Positions 16,735 through 25,381 of a DNA stretch of 26,612 nt are shown here, in pieces; the first letter of the stretch is position 1; every line of letters begins with the position of its first letter. The notes under the pieces are model-generated. The model searched no databases, had not been told where the DNA came from, and worked only from the letters and a program-made list of their open reading frames with translations. Made by a program: the position numbers and the translations under genes. Origin of the DNA: Acutalibacteraceae bacterium. Lineage in GTDB: Bacteria; Bacillota; Clostridia; Oscillospirales; Acutalibacteraceae. Location of the stretch: assembly GCA_045613005.1 (NCBI GenBank), contig JAZLAD010000155.1:1-26612 (forward strand), written 5' to 3'.

Positions 16735-16776
16735 CCGCTCTGCAGCTGACAGCACAAAAACTGCAGAGCGGTTTTT
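16735..16776 (+). terminator. Intra-operon terminator/attenuator-like hairpin after the capsid gene
   Basis: CCGCTCTGCAG (16735-16745), 15-nt loop, CTGCAGAGCGG (16761-16771), TTTTT; the portal SD GGAGG follows at 16781. Confidence 0.65.
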
Positions 16777-16791
16777 AAAAGGAGGAAATGT

Positions 16792-18381
16792 ATGAAAATA
16801 AAACCTCAGGAAATATTTGGTGAATATACAAAGGCGGTAAATTTTAAAAAAGGCATTGGCGCGAAGGGTATTTTCGAGCAAAGCCGAATTAACGAGAGAT
16901 TTTATAGGGGTGACCAATGGCACGGTATCGATAACACAAGTAAAAAACCGCTTGTGCGCCACAATATTGTGAAAAGAATAGGCGACTATAAGATGTCGCA
17001 GATTTTATCTAATGATATACGGGTGGATATTTCAGCCGAGGGTGTGCCGCATATTCCGCAAGAAAGCATTAGCAGTGTCAAGACGTTTAGCGGTGCCGCG
17101 GCAGATGAGAAAGAAATAAACGCAGTTTTATCCGCCCTTTCAAATTATAGAGAGATAACAGCCGAACGAATGAAGTTTGACACTCTGTGTGCCAGAGCGC
17201 TCAAAAACGCATTTATCAGCGGAAGCGGTGTTATTTACACCTATTGGGACGGCGATATAAATACAGGGCTTTTTGCCGAAAACACATCAAAAACCGCTAT
17301 AACGGGAGATATAAACAGCGAGGTTATAGATATTGAGGACGTATATTTTGCCGATCCGTACAACACCGATATACAGGCACAGGATTACGTGATTATAGCC
17401 TCTCTTTCAGAGCCTAAGGCGGTTTTAAGGGAGGCAGAGCGCTCTAGAACCGATAGATACAGTATTTTAAAATTAAAGGAAACAAAGGATGAAAAAGTTT
17501 TAGTGCTGACAAAGCTTTATAAAGAAACTAATCCTGATGGCACTATCACCGTTAAATGTATTAAGGTTACCGAAAAGGCGGTTGTAAGACAAAGCTTTGA
17601 TACAAAGCTCAGACTCTACCCTATAGCAATATTTAATTGGGACGAACGCAAAAATCTGGTATACGGCGACACCGAGCTTACCTACCTTATTCCTAATCAA
17701 ATAGCGATAAACAGGATGATTACAGCAAACGTGTGGTCTGCAGTTACACTTGGTATGCCGATGATGGTTGTAAACGGTGACACGGTTGACCAGAACATCA
17801 CTAACGACCCGGGGCAGATTATTAAAGTGTTCGGCTCGAACGAGGACGTAGCAGGTGCCGTGCGATACGTAGCACCGCCCGACGTTTGCCGAGAATTTGG
17901 AAGCGGAATAAACGAGCTTATAAAGAACACGCTTATTCAAAGCGGCGCCAACGAGGTAGCGCTTGGTGACTCAAAGGCTGAAAACGCAACCGCGCTTCAG
18001 TTTATGCAGAGCGCGGCAACGCTACCGCTAAAGCTTATGAAAAGAAGATTTTATGCTTTTGTTGAAGATATAACACGAATTTGGGCGGATTTTTGGGTTA
18101 CACATTACGGAATTCGCAAAATTAAGTTAACCGACGGCAACGCTACCTATTTTATGGAATTTGATGCGGTAAGATATAAAAATTTATATCTTACAGCCAA
18201 GACACAGGTACTAGATAAGGCTGAGTTTTCGCTTAGCGACACTATGTCGGCTTTGGATAATTTGCTTGATAAGGGAATTATTGATAAAAAGCAGTATTTA
18301 GAAAGGCTTCCTAAGGGATTGATTACCGGTACCGAAAAAATTTTTGTAAAGGAAGGGGAAAAGCTTAGTGACAGTAAATAA
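16792..18381 (+). CDS. Portal protein, P22/podovirus-like
   Basis: 529 aa; RFYRGDQW...PLVRHNIVKRI N-terminal motif, YGDTELTYLIPNQIAINR, plus context. Confidence 0.8.
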   Translation: MKIKPQEIFGEYTKAVNFKKGIGAKGIFEQSRINERFYRGDQWHGIDNTSKKPLVRHNIVKRIGDYKMSQILSNDIRVDISAEGVPHIPQESISSVKTFSGAAADEKEINAVLSALSNYREITAERMKFDTLCARALKNAFISGSGVIYTYWDGDINTGLFAENTSKTAITGDINSEVIDIEDVYFADPYNTDIQAQDYVIIASLSEPKAVLREAERSRTDRYSILKLKETKDEKVLVLTKLYKETNPDGTITVKCIKVTEKAVVRQSFDTKLRLYPIAIFNWDERKNLVYGDTELTYLIPNQIAINRMITANVWSAVTLGMPMMVVNGDTVDQNITNDPGQIIKVFGSNEDVAGAVRYVAPPDVCREFGSGINELIKNTLIQSGANEVALGDSKAENATALQFMQSAATLPLKLMKRRFYAFVEDITRIWADFWVTHYGIRKIKLTDGNATYFMEFDAVRYKNLYLTAKTQVLDKAEFSLSDTMSALDNLLDKGIIDKKQYLERLPKGLITGTEKIFVKEGEKLSDSK

Positions 18382-18718
18382 CGTTTATAATTCTGCAATA
18401 AAGCTTTTAGGCTACAACAATGCGTATTTATCCATTGAGGATAACGACATACTCAAGAAAAGGGCGGTAGAATTTGTAAACCGCATTGGCTTTGACCTGT
18501 TTAAAATGCCGTCGGTAAACGGTTTTTTAGAGGAATTTAACATTCCACCTAATGCCTTAGAGGCACTCATATACGGAGTTTGTATGCTTATTAGCCTCTC
18601 AGAGTCAGACGGCGACAAAAACCGACTTTTTACCGAGCTTTACAATCTCAAACGGTCAAGCTTTAAATCTTGCGTAACAAAAATAACCGACACCTTTCCT
18701 GCAAGTTTAGAGGTGTAA
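18368..18718 (+). CDS. Putative head-tail adaptor (P22 gp4 / T7 gp11-like)
   Basis: 116 aa helical protein (MTVNNVYNSAIKLLG...ALIYGVCMLI...FTELYN) between portal and nozzle; GTG start overlaps the portal end. Confidence 0.5.
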   Translation: MTVNNVYNSAIKLLGYNNAYLSIEDNDILKKRAVEFVNRIGFDLFKMPSVNGFLEEFNIPPNALEALIYGVCMLISLSESDGDKNRLFTELYNLKRSSFKSCVTKITDTFPASLEV

Positions 18719-18720
18719 AA

Positions 18721-20823
18721 ATGAGATATTCGTATTTGAAAACAACGCCTATTAAGGAATTATCCCTTAAAGATTTTAGCGGAGGACTCAACACTTTAAA
18801 CCGCGAGGATTTAATTCTTGATAATCAGCTAAGTGACGGCGCGAATTTAATATTTAAAGACGGCTATCTTACAAGCCGAAAGGGTGTCTCCTTTAACCTT
18901 GAGGAAGCTATAGGCAATTTTGATGAATCAGGAAGCTTTCTTAAGGGGCTTAAAATAACCGATACTGAATTTTCAAAGGATAATAAAATCCACCGAGTAG
19001 CCTATGCTCTTTGGGGTGACAATCTGAACTACCAGACGCTTTATATTTATTTTGTTTCTTCTGATAAAAAATTAACGTCTGCAGGAAATTTTGAGTTTAC
19101 AAGGACAAGTGCTGACATATATTATACCTTTTCAAACATAATATTTTTAGTAGGAAGAAAAACTAAGGGCTGTGGACTATATGCGTTTTTAAAGCTTAAA
19201 TCAGAAGATAGGAATCTTTATGAAATCTATGAGTTAGGCTCTGATTTTAATCAGTGGCTAAAAATACAAGGCGATGATATTTACACGCCCATCGTACTCT
19301 TGAACGGCAAAGGTGATAAATATGCCAGCGCTTTAAGGGAGAGTGATTTTAGCGCTGAGGCTACAAAAAGGCCTGAGAAATTTAATATGCTCACACCCCG
19401 TTTTAAAGCGTATTTTACAACCGACGGATATTCTGATACCTTTCAGCTGCCAATAAAAAGGCTAGCCGAAGACAGTGACGTTTTATGCAGATTCTACGTT
19501 TCGAACGATATTTATTACGAGTGGCATATATATGCGGGAGAAAAGATGATTACAACCAAAGTAGGTAACAAAAATATTACTATGATTTGTTACAGAAGCT
19601 CGGCAAATATAGTCTTTTTTGATGAACAAGGCAACGTTTGTCCGCTATCACGAAACTATTTGCTTGATGGAAATAATCTTGTGGTTGAGGCTTCAAGAGA
19701 GGATTCGTATACCATTTCGCAAATAGCAGGCTGTGAGCATTGCAAGGTGTATAATTCAAACGTCTTTTTTTACGGTAATCAAGAAAACGTAAGCAATATA
19801 TATGGTACAACAACCGCAAATCCACTCTATTTTCCCGAAAATATGAAGACCTCTGTAGGAAATCATAGCGATAGGATTTGCGCTATGGCGGTGCAAAACA
19901 ACAAGCTGATAGCATTTAAAACTAACGAAATTTATCAGGTGTATATAGATAAAAGCGAGAGTGAGCTACTGTGGGACTCGTTAGTAGACAGCACCTCTAC
20001 AAGCTTTGAAACAAAACAGCTGAGGATATCGCTTATACACGGCAGTATTGGTTGCGGCAATAGGGAAACCTTGGCGGTTTGTGGAAATAGACTTGTTTGG
20101 TTAGGCGCTGACGCTAAGGTCTACACCCTTGCCACCACAACCTACGGAAAGGAAAACAACGTATACTGCCTATCCGATCCCATATCTAACCTTTTAAAGG
20201 CATATAATACGCAAGAAATTTCAAGCGCCTTTGCCTTCGATACCGGCGGATATTACGCGCTTTGCATAGCAGAAAGCCTGTATATGCTTCACTACCGCAT
20301 AAAAAATTTCGGTATTTCGCCTGTTTATACAGCAGTGGGAAATCCCCCTCAAACCATTGCCTGGTACGTTTTAAAACTGCCAAATCAGAAATACTATTCG
20401 GGATATTCGTATAACGGCGAAATCAACCTTTCGTGCGGTGACGATAATTTGAAATACTGCGTTTTATCCTCGCTTGACGGTGAAACCGATAATATCTTAC
20501 GTACAGAATACGGAGATGCTTTTAAGGAAACGGCTCAGATAGATAGCAGCATCACAACGAAATTTTTATATTTTAGTGAGCCTTGCAAGAGGAAAATAAT
20601 AGAAGACGTATACGTTAGTATGGACTTTTCAGGTGAGGCTGATATAATATTAAACGATGGTTATATAGAGCACAGGCAAACTGTATTTTCTCAAAAGACA
20701 CAAAAAGTGCCTATAAGAATAGCGCCGCATTTTAGAGGTGTATACGGTTTAAGTGTTACGGTAAAATCTGAAAATCCTATCAAGATAAACTCTATTTCGG
20801 TAAGATATAAAAATTTAGATTAA
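18721..20823 (+). CDS. Putative tail nozzle / DNA stabilization protein (P22 gp10 / T7 gp12-like beta-propeller)
   Basis: About 700 aa from ATG 18721 (SD GAGGTG); N-terminal DFSGGLN motif, beta-rich repeats, IGC.NRETLA..GN.LVWLG, C-terminal strands typical of nozzle proteins. Confidence 0.65.
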   Translation: MRYSYLKTTPIKELSLKDFSGGLNTLNREDLILDNQLSDGANLIFKDGYLTSRKGVSFNLEEAIGNFDESGSFLKGLKITDTEFSKDNKIHRVAYALWGDNLNYQTLYIYFVSSDKKLTSAGNFEFTRTSADIYYTFSNIIFLVGRKTKGCGLYAFLKLKSEDRNLYEIYELGSDFNQWLKIQGDDIYTPIVLLNGKGDKYASALRESDFSAEATKRPEKFNMLTPRFKAYFTTDGYSDTFQLPIKRLAEDSDVLCRFYVSNDIYYEWHIYAGEKMITTKVGNKNITMICYRSSANIVFFDEQGNVCPLSRNYLLDGNNLVVEASREDSYTISQIAGCEHCKVYNSNVFFYGNQENVSNIYGTTTANPLYFPENMKTSVGNHSDRICAMAVQNNKLIAFKTNEIYQVYIDKSESELLWDSLVDSTSTSFETKQLRISLIHGSIGCGNRETLAVCGNRLVWLGADAKVYTLATTTYGKENNVYCLSDPISNLLKAYNTQEISSAFAFDTGGYYALCIAESLYMLHYRIKNFGISPVYTAVGNPPQTIAWYVLKLPNQKYYSGYSYNGEINLSCGDDNLKYCVLSSLDGETDNILRTEYGDAFKETAQIDSSITTKFLYFSEPCKRKIIEDVYVSMDFSGEADIILNDGYIEHRQTVFSQKTQKVPIRIAPHFRGVYGLSVTVKSENPIKINSISVRYKNLD

Positions 20824-20845
20824 TTTGCTAAAAGGGGGAAGGGAT

Positions 20846-22015
20846 ATGAAAAAAAGGGTGTTTATTTGCTTTGTTTTGGTTTTATGCTGTCTTTGCGGAT
20901 GCACTGTACAGCAAAATGACAAAACCGAAACCGAATTGCCAAAACAAAAGCAAACAGATAATATAAAAGGGGTTTGGATAAGCTATCAGGAGCTTGATTC
21001 AATGCTTAATTCTAGCGATTTTAAATCAGAGTTTGAAGCCGCGGCGGATAAAATGCAAAAATCGGGAATAAGTGACGCTTACATACACATAAGAGCTTTC
21101 GCCGATGCTATTTACAAGAGCGAACTTTTTCCCATAAGAGCTGCTGCCGACAAAGACTTTGACGTTTTAGAGTATATGATAAACATATGTCACAAAAAAA
21201 ACATTCGTTTTCACGCTTGGATTAACCCCTACAGGATAAAAACCTCTGACAGCGATAAAACAACCCTTTCGCCCTTTGGCACTATTTACGGTTGGCTTAA
21301 CGACGAGGACACAGATAATGATAACAACGTGCTCAGTTATAACGGTTTGTATTTAAATCCCGCTTCGAGCGAGGTGAGGAAACTTATAATCGACGGTGTG
21401 CGAGAGGTAATTTCTAATTATAGCGTTGACGGTATTCATTTTGACGATTACTTTTATCCCACCACCGACGCTTCATTTGACAGCCTTTCGTATGAAGCGT
21501 ACACCGGAGGTAATCAAAACCCTATGTCGCTAGCAGATTTTCGCAGAGCTAACGTTAATTCGCTTATAAGCGGATGCTATACCGCAATTAAGTTTTACAA
21601 TAAGGATATAGAGTTTAGCATAAGCCCTACCGCCTCGATAGATAAAAACTATAATGGGTATTTTGCCGATATTGAGGCGTGGGTGGAAAATTCTTGCGTG
21701 GATAGAATAATACCTCAGCTTTATTTCGGCTTTGAATATCCCGATAAAAATTTTAGATTTGATACGCTCTTAAAGGATTGGAAAGAGCTTTTTGAAAATT
21801 ATGATACAAAGCTGACAATTGGTCTTGCCGTCTATAAAATAGGAACAGACGCAGAGCCCGATTGCTTAGAATGGCAAGAAAAGACCGATATACTAAAAAG
21901 ACAGGTGGAATTAATAGATAAGGATAAAACACTTAGCGGCTACGTGTTCTTTTCGTATTCCTATCTCTTTTCAGAGGATGAGCAAATAAAAAAATCGACC
22001 AAGGATTTAATATAA
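20846..22015 (+). CDS. GHL10/DUF187 (YddW/DigH-like) glycoside hydrolase lipoprotein
   Basis: Likely start ATG 20846 (MKKRVF...LCGC lipobox); KGVWISY, FHAWINPYR, YLNPA, DGIHFDDYFY, IIPQLYFG. Confidence 0.85.
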   Translation: MKKRVFICFVLVLCCLCGCTVQQNDKTETELPKQKQTDNIKGVWISYQELDSMLNSSDFKSEFEAAADKMQKSGISDAYIHIRAFADAIYKSELFPIRAAADKDFDVLEYMINICHKKNIRFHAWINPYRIKTSDSDKTTLSPFGTIYGWLNDEDTDNDNNVLSYNGLYLNPASSEVRKLIIDGVREVISNYSVDGIHFDDYFYPTTDASFDSLSYEAYTGGNQNPMSLADFRRANVNSLISGCYTAIKFYNKDIEFSISPTASIDKNYNGYFADIEAWVENSCVDRIIPQLYFGFEYPDKNFRFDTLLKDWKELFENYDTKLTIGLAVYKIGTDAEPDCLEWQEKTDILKRQVELIDKDKTLSGYVFFSYSYLFSEDEQIKKSTKDLI

Positions 22016-22057
22016 AAAGAACTACGGCTATCGGAATTTCCGATAGCCGTAGTTTTA
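22014..22057. terminator. Bidirectional intrinsic terminator
   Basis: Perfect 17-bp arms AACTACGGCTATCGGAA-t-TTCCGATAGCCGTAGTT between convergent stops. Confidence 0.9.
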
Positions 22058-23584
22058 ATCTTTATTTTGTAAACAAAGCTCTATACCTAAAACACCGTAC
22101 AGTTTTTGTTGTTCTTTAGAATAATACTTTTTCATATCATCAGGTGTCGCTTGTGTTACGTTTTTGCTGGTATATCCGCATTTAAGCAAGGGCAAAGATT
22201 TGTACAACTCATCAAAAGAATTAAATTTATGTAATTTTAAGACCTTGGTGCTAAGCGTTTCGCCGCTTGAAGCGTTTGTGAAAACAATAGTATCTCCTAC
22301 GTTTATTTGCTGACGCTTTTCATCAAACAAACGAAGCTCTATCGTTTTTTGCCCACTTTTTATCATCTTGAAAGGGGAGGGATTAAGCTTCATATTATGA
22401 TTTGCCGGTTTACGGTACAAAAGCACACAGCACTCCACGTGATCGGTATGAGGAAACATATCGACAGGTTGAATTTTGCGAACGTTATAGCCTTTACGGA
22501 TAAAATATTTCAAATCGCGGGCAAGTGTTTCGGGATTGCAAGAAACGTAGACCACGCGTTTTGGTGCGAGGGTTGCTACCGAATCAATGAATTTTTCGGT
22601 GCTTCCGGCACGAGGCGGGTCCATAATGACCACGTCAACCTTTTCACCAGCTGCCGCCATTTCCACCATAAAATCACCCGCATCGGCAGTGTAAAACTCG
22701 ATATTTTTAATACCGTTGCGTCTTGCGTTAAATTTAGCATCCTTTACAGCGTCGACACTTAGTTCTACTCCAATAACCTTATGGGCATTTTTTGAGGCTA
22801 AAATTCCTATCGTACCCGTACCGCAATATGCGTCAATTACGGTTTCCTTACCCGATAGCTCCATAAATTCAAGAGCCTTTTTGTAAAGCTTTGTGGTCAT
22901 AACAGGATTTACCTGATAAAAGGATTTGGGCGAAATACGGAAAACATTATCAAAAATAGTATCCTCGATATAACCCTCACCATAGAGGGTTATGTTTTTC
23001 TCGCCTAAAACAAGGCTTGTGAATTTATTGTTTACGTTTTGAACTATTGTTGTGATTTCGGGGTGCCTTTGTAAAAGGGCGTTAATAAACGAACGGCTCG
23101 ACGGAAAAATCACACTACCCGTTACAAGCACAACCATTACTTGACCTGTATAATATCCCTTACGCACTAAAACGTGGCGCAAAAAACCGGTCATATTATT
23201 TTCGTCAAACGGTTTTAACTTAAACGATTTTAAAAGCTTGCGAATAGTAACGATAATCGCATCAGCACCGCTATCTTCAATCATACATTCATCAATCGGT
23301 ACGATTTTGTGGGTTGACGACTGATAAACACCCGAAATTATACCCGTTCTGTCCTTACTGAAAGCGGCTTGAACTTTACAGCGGTAATGGGTTGGATTTT
23401 CCATACCAATAATTTCCTTGACCCGACAAAATTTACCGAGCAGCTTTATGCACTTTATTTGCTTATATTTAAGTTGTTCGGGATAGGTCATATTTTGCAA
23501 ATGACACCCACCGCACTTTTTATAGTGCGGACAGCCGTTTCCCTTGCCAACCTTTACGGTCGGCTTTTTGATATTATTTTGCAT
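22055..23584 (-). CDS. rlmD: RlmD/RumA-family RNA m5U methyltransferase (no TRAM domain) fused to a C-terminal ASCH domain
   Basis: CPHYKKCGGC Fe-S motif, SFYQVN, DAYCGTG, DPPRAG, YVSCNP, DMFPHTDHVE. Then MKL..SPFKMIKSGQKTIELRLFDEKR..I.VGD.I.F (ASCH) at 22055-22402. Confidence 0.88.
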   Translation of the reverse strand: MQNNIKKPTVKVGKGNGCPHYKKCGGCHLQNMTYPEQLKYKQIKCIKLLGKFCRVKEIIGMENPTHYRCKVQAAFSKDRTGIISGVYQSSTHKIVPIDECMIEDSGADAIIVTIRKLLKSFKLKPFDENNMTGFLRHVLVRKGYYTGQVMVVLVTGSVIFPSSRSFINALLQRHPEITTIVQNVNNKFTSLVLGEKNITLYGEGYIEDTIFDNVFRISPKSFYQVNPVMTTKLYKKALEFMELSGKETVIDAYCGTGTIGILASKNAHKVIGVELSVDAVKDAKFNARRNGIKNIEFYTADAGDFMVEMAAAGEKVDVVIMDPPRAGSTEKFIDSVATLAPKRVVYVSCNPETLARDLKYFIRKGYNVRKIQPVDMFPHTDHVECCVLLYRKPANHNMKLNPSPFKMIKSGQKTIELRLFDEKRQQINVGDTIVFTNASSGETLSTKVLKLHKFNSFDELYKSLPLLKCGYTSKNVTQATPDDMKKYYSKEQQKLYGVLGIELCLQNKD

Positions 23585-24927
23585 TATTTTCTCCTTAACA
23601 AAAGTGCCACAGTTTCACAGTGTGCAGTTCTTGGAAACAAGTCACAGGGGGTATATTCTTTAAGCGTGTAGCCAAGCTCAGTGAAAAGCTTGATATCACG
23701 GGCGAGTGTTGACGGGTCACAGGAAACGTAGACTATTTTTTCGGGAGAAAAATCGTTTGCCACGGTTTTTACAAGTGATTCATCACAGCCCTTTCTCGGT
23801 GGGTCTAAAATAACCACGTCGGGAGAAAGACCTCTGTTTTTAAGGTCCTTTGCGGCGGTGGCGGCATCCGCGCAAATAAAGTCTGCATTTGAAAATCCGC
23901 CGTTTGAAGCATTCTTTTTAGCATCTTCTACAGCCTCGGGTATAATTTCTACACCGATTATCTTTTTAGCCTCATCTGCCATAGAAAGACCTATGGTACC
24001 TGCACCGCAGTAAAGGTCTAATATTATTTTATCCTTAGGCTCTGCGTATTCCTTGGCGGTATTATAAAGTATTTCTGTCATATCGTGATTAACCTGATAA
24101 AAGGATAGAGGAGAAATAGAAACTTTAACACCGCAAAGGGTGTCGGAAAGCGTATCGCTGCCGTAAAGGATTAAGCACTCGCTTCCTAAAACAACGTTGG
24201 TTTTTTGTTTGTTTTTATTTATCTGCAGGCTTTTAAACTTTTCACCAAGCGCTGATTTAAGCGCTTTAATCAAGCTATCTGAGAAGGGAAGTTTATCTCC
24301 GTTAATAACTACTACCGCCATAATATCCCTGAGTGATGAACAGCGCAGATAAAAATGTCTTACAAGACCCTTGTGGGTTTCTTCCGAGTATATAGAAATA
24401 TTTTTTTCTTTAATCCAATTTTCAAATACGTTTATAGCGGTGTCGAATTCCTTTGGCTGTAAAAGGCAGGTATTACACGGCACTATTCTGTGCGAATGGG
24501 TAGAATAAAAACCTACTTTGCCTTCTTCACTTACAGGGTACTGCGCTTTATTACGGTAAAAAAAGGGGGATAACGCTTTTATAGGCTGTGGCGCTAAATC
24601 TATGCCGCCTATTCGCTTTATACAGTTATACACTGAGTTTTGTTTAAAGTTTAGCTCACTCTCATAGCTTATGTGCCTGAAAGCACAACCACCGCACCTT
24701 GAAAAAACCGGACAATCAGGCTCGGTTCTGTCCTCAGAAGGAGCAAGAATTTCCTCTATTTTTCCAAAGGCATAGTTTTTCTTTAGTTTTACTATTCTTA
24801 CCGTTAAGCTATCGCCGATAGCGGAATTCGGCACGAAAACAGCAAAGCCCTCATATCTTCCGATACCGAAGCCTTTATCGGTGTAGTCGGTAATGTTTAG
24901 TTTAATTATATCGTTCTTCTTCATCAT
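23584..24927 (-). CDS. rlmD: 23S rRNA m5U1939 methyltransferase RlmD with TRAM domain
   Basis: N-terminal TRAM domain, CPVFSRCGGC, SFYQVN, DLYCGAG, DPPRKG, YVSCDP, DLFPRTAHCE. Confidence 0.92.
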   Translation of the reverse strand: MMKKNDIIKLNITDYTDKGFGIGRYEGFAVFVPNSAIGDSLTVRIVKLKKNYAFGKIEEILAPSEDRTEPDCPVFSRCGGCAFRHISYESELNFKQNSVYNCIKRIGGIDLAPQPIKALSPFFYRNKAQYPVSEEGKVGFYSTHSHRIVPCNTCLLQPKEFDTAINVFENWIKEKNISIYSEETHKGLVRHFYLRCSSLRDIMAVVVINGDKLPFSDSLIKALKSALGEKFKSLQINKNKQKTNVVLGSECLILYGSDTLSDTLCGVKVSISPLSFYQVNHDMTEILYNTAKEYAEPKDKIILDLYCGAGTIGLSMADEAKKIIGVEIIPEAVEDAKKNASNGGFSNADFICADAATAAKDLKNRGLSPDVVILDPPRKGCDESLVKTVANDFSPEKIVYVSCDPSTLARDIKLFTELGYTLKEYTPCDLFPRTAHCETVALLLRRK

Positions 24928-24928
24928 A

Positions 24929-25369
24929 TCAGTATTTTTTAGGTATTACGTTTCCGTCTTGGTCAACAAAGCCTTCGCCCTCTAAAGCACCCTCTTTAAA
25001 CAGAGAAACACCGTTTCTGCAATCGTAAAAGCCGCCGTGGCAAACGTCAAGCGGAATACTGTTTATAACGGCAACGTCGTTGTTAGCCCAGATAACCTCA
25101 ACCGAGTCTATTCCTGTTTGCCAAAATACGTTAGAGGTTTTGTCTTTTGTTTTAACCTCGGCTCTTACGGCACTGCCAAGTGAATTTTCAACACAGTAAA
25201 CGTTAATTACTTTATCGCCTGTAGGTGAGCTTACGGTGGATATAATCTTACCCTGAGGAAGCTTATTTATATCTGCAAAAAGACTGCTTTTAACGGTGAA
25301 AAATAAATTAACTAAGGTTATAACAAGTGTAAAAACGTAAATCATTATAAACAACGGCTTAGTTTTCAT
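24929..25369 (-). CDS. DUF5412-like membrane-anchored protein
   Basis: N-terminal TM; SSPTG...VY...AVRAEV...VFWQ...V.W.NND.AVIN. Confidence 0.6.
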   Translation of the reverse strand: MKTKPLFIMIYVFTLVITLVNLFFTVKSSLFADINKLPQGKIISTVSSPTGDKVINVYCVENSLGSAVRAEVKTKDKTSNVFWQTGIDSVEVIWANNDVAVINSIPLDVCHGGFYDCRNGVSLFKEGALEGEGFVDQDGNVIPKKY

Positions 25370-25381
25370 AAAGCTCCCTCC

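Larger units (their letters stand above)
13196..20823 (+). other. Phage-derived podovirus-type head/short-tail operon without integration or replication genes (candidate GTA-like module)
   Basis: Eight co-directional intact ORFs with overlaps or gaps of 78 nt or less, flanked by non-phage genes on both sides. Confidence 0.8.

Noticed and set aside
18670-18720. Longer N-terminus for the nozzle gene, as given in the ORF track
   Set aside because: It overlaps the adaptor gene by 49 nt; ATG 18721 has SD GAGGTG and follows the adaptor stop by 2 nt.
13196-22441. Ordinary intact prophage integrated at the rlmD 3' end
   Set aside because: No integrase, replication or lysogeny genes. By eye I found no second copy of the rlmD end sequence (CACGTGGAGTG, 22431-22441) in the left intergenic region 13032-13195. 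An exhaustive repeat search was not possible.
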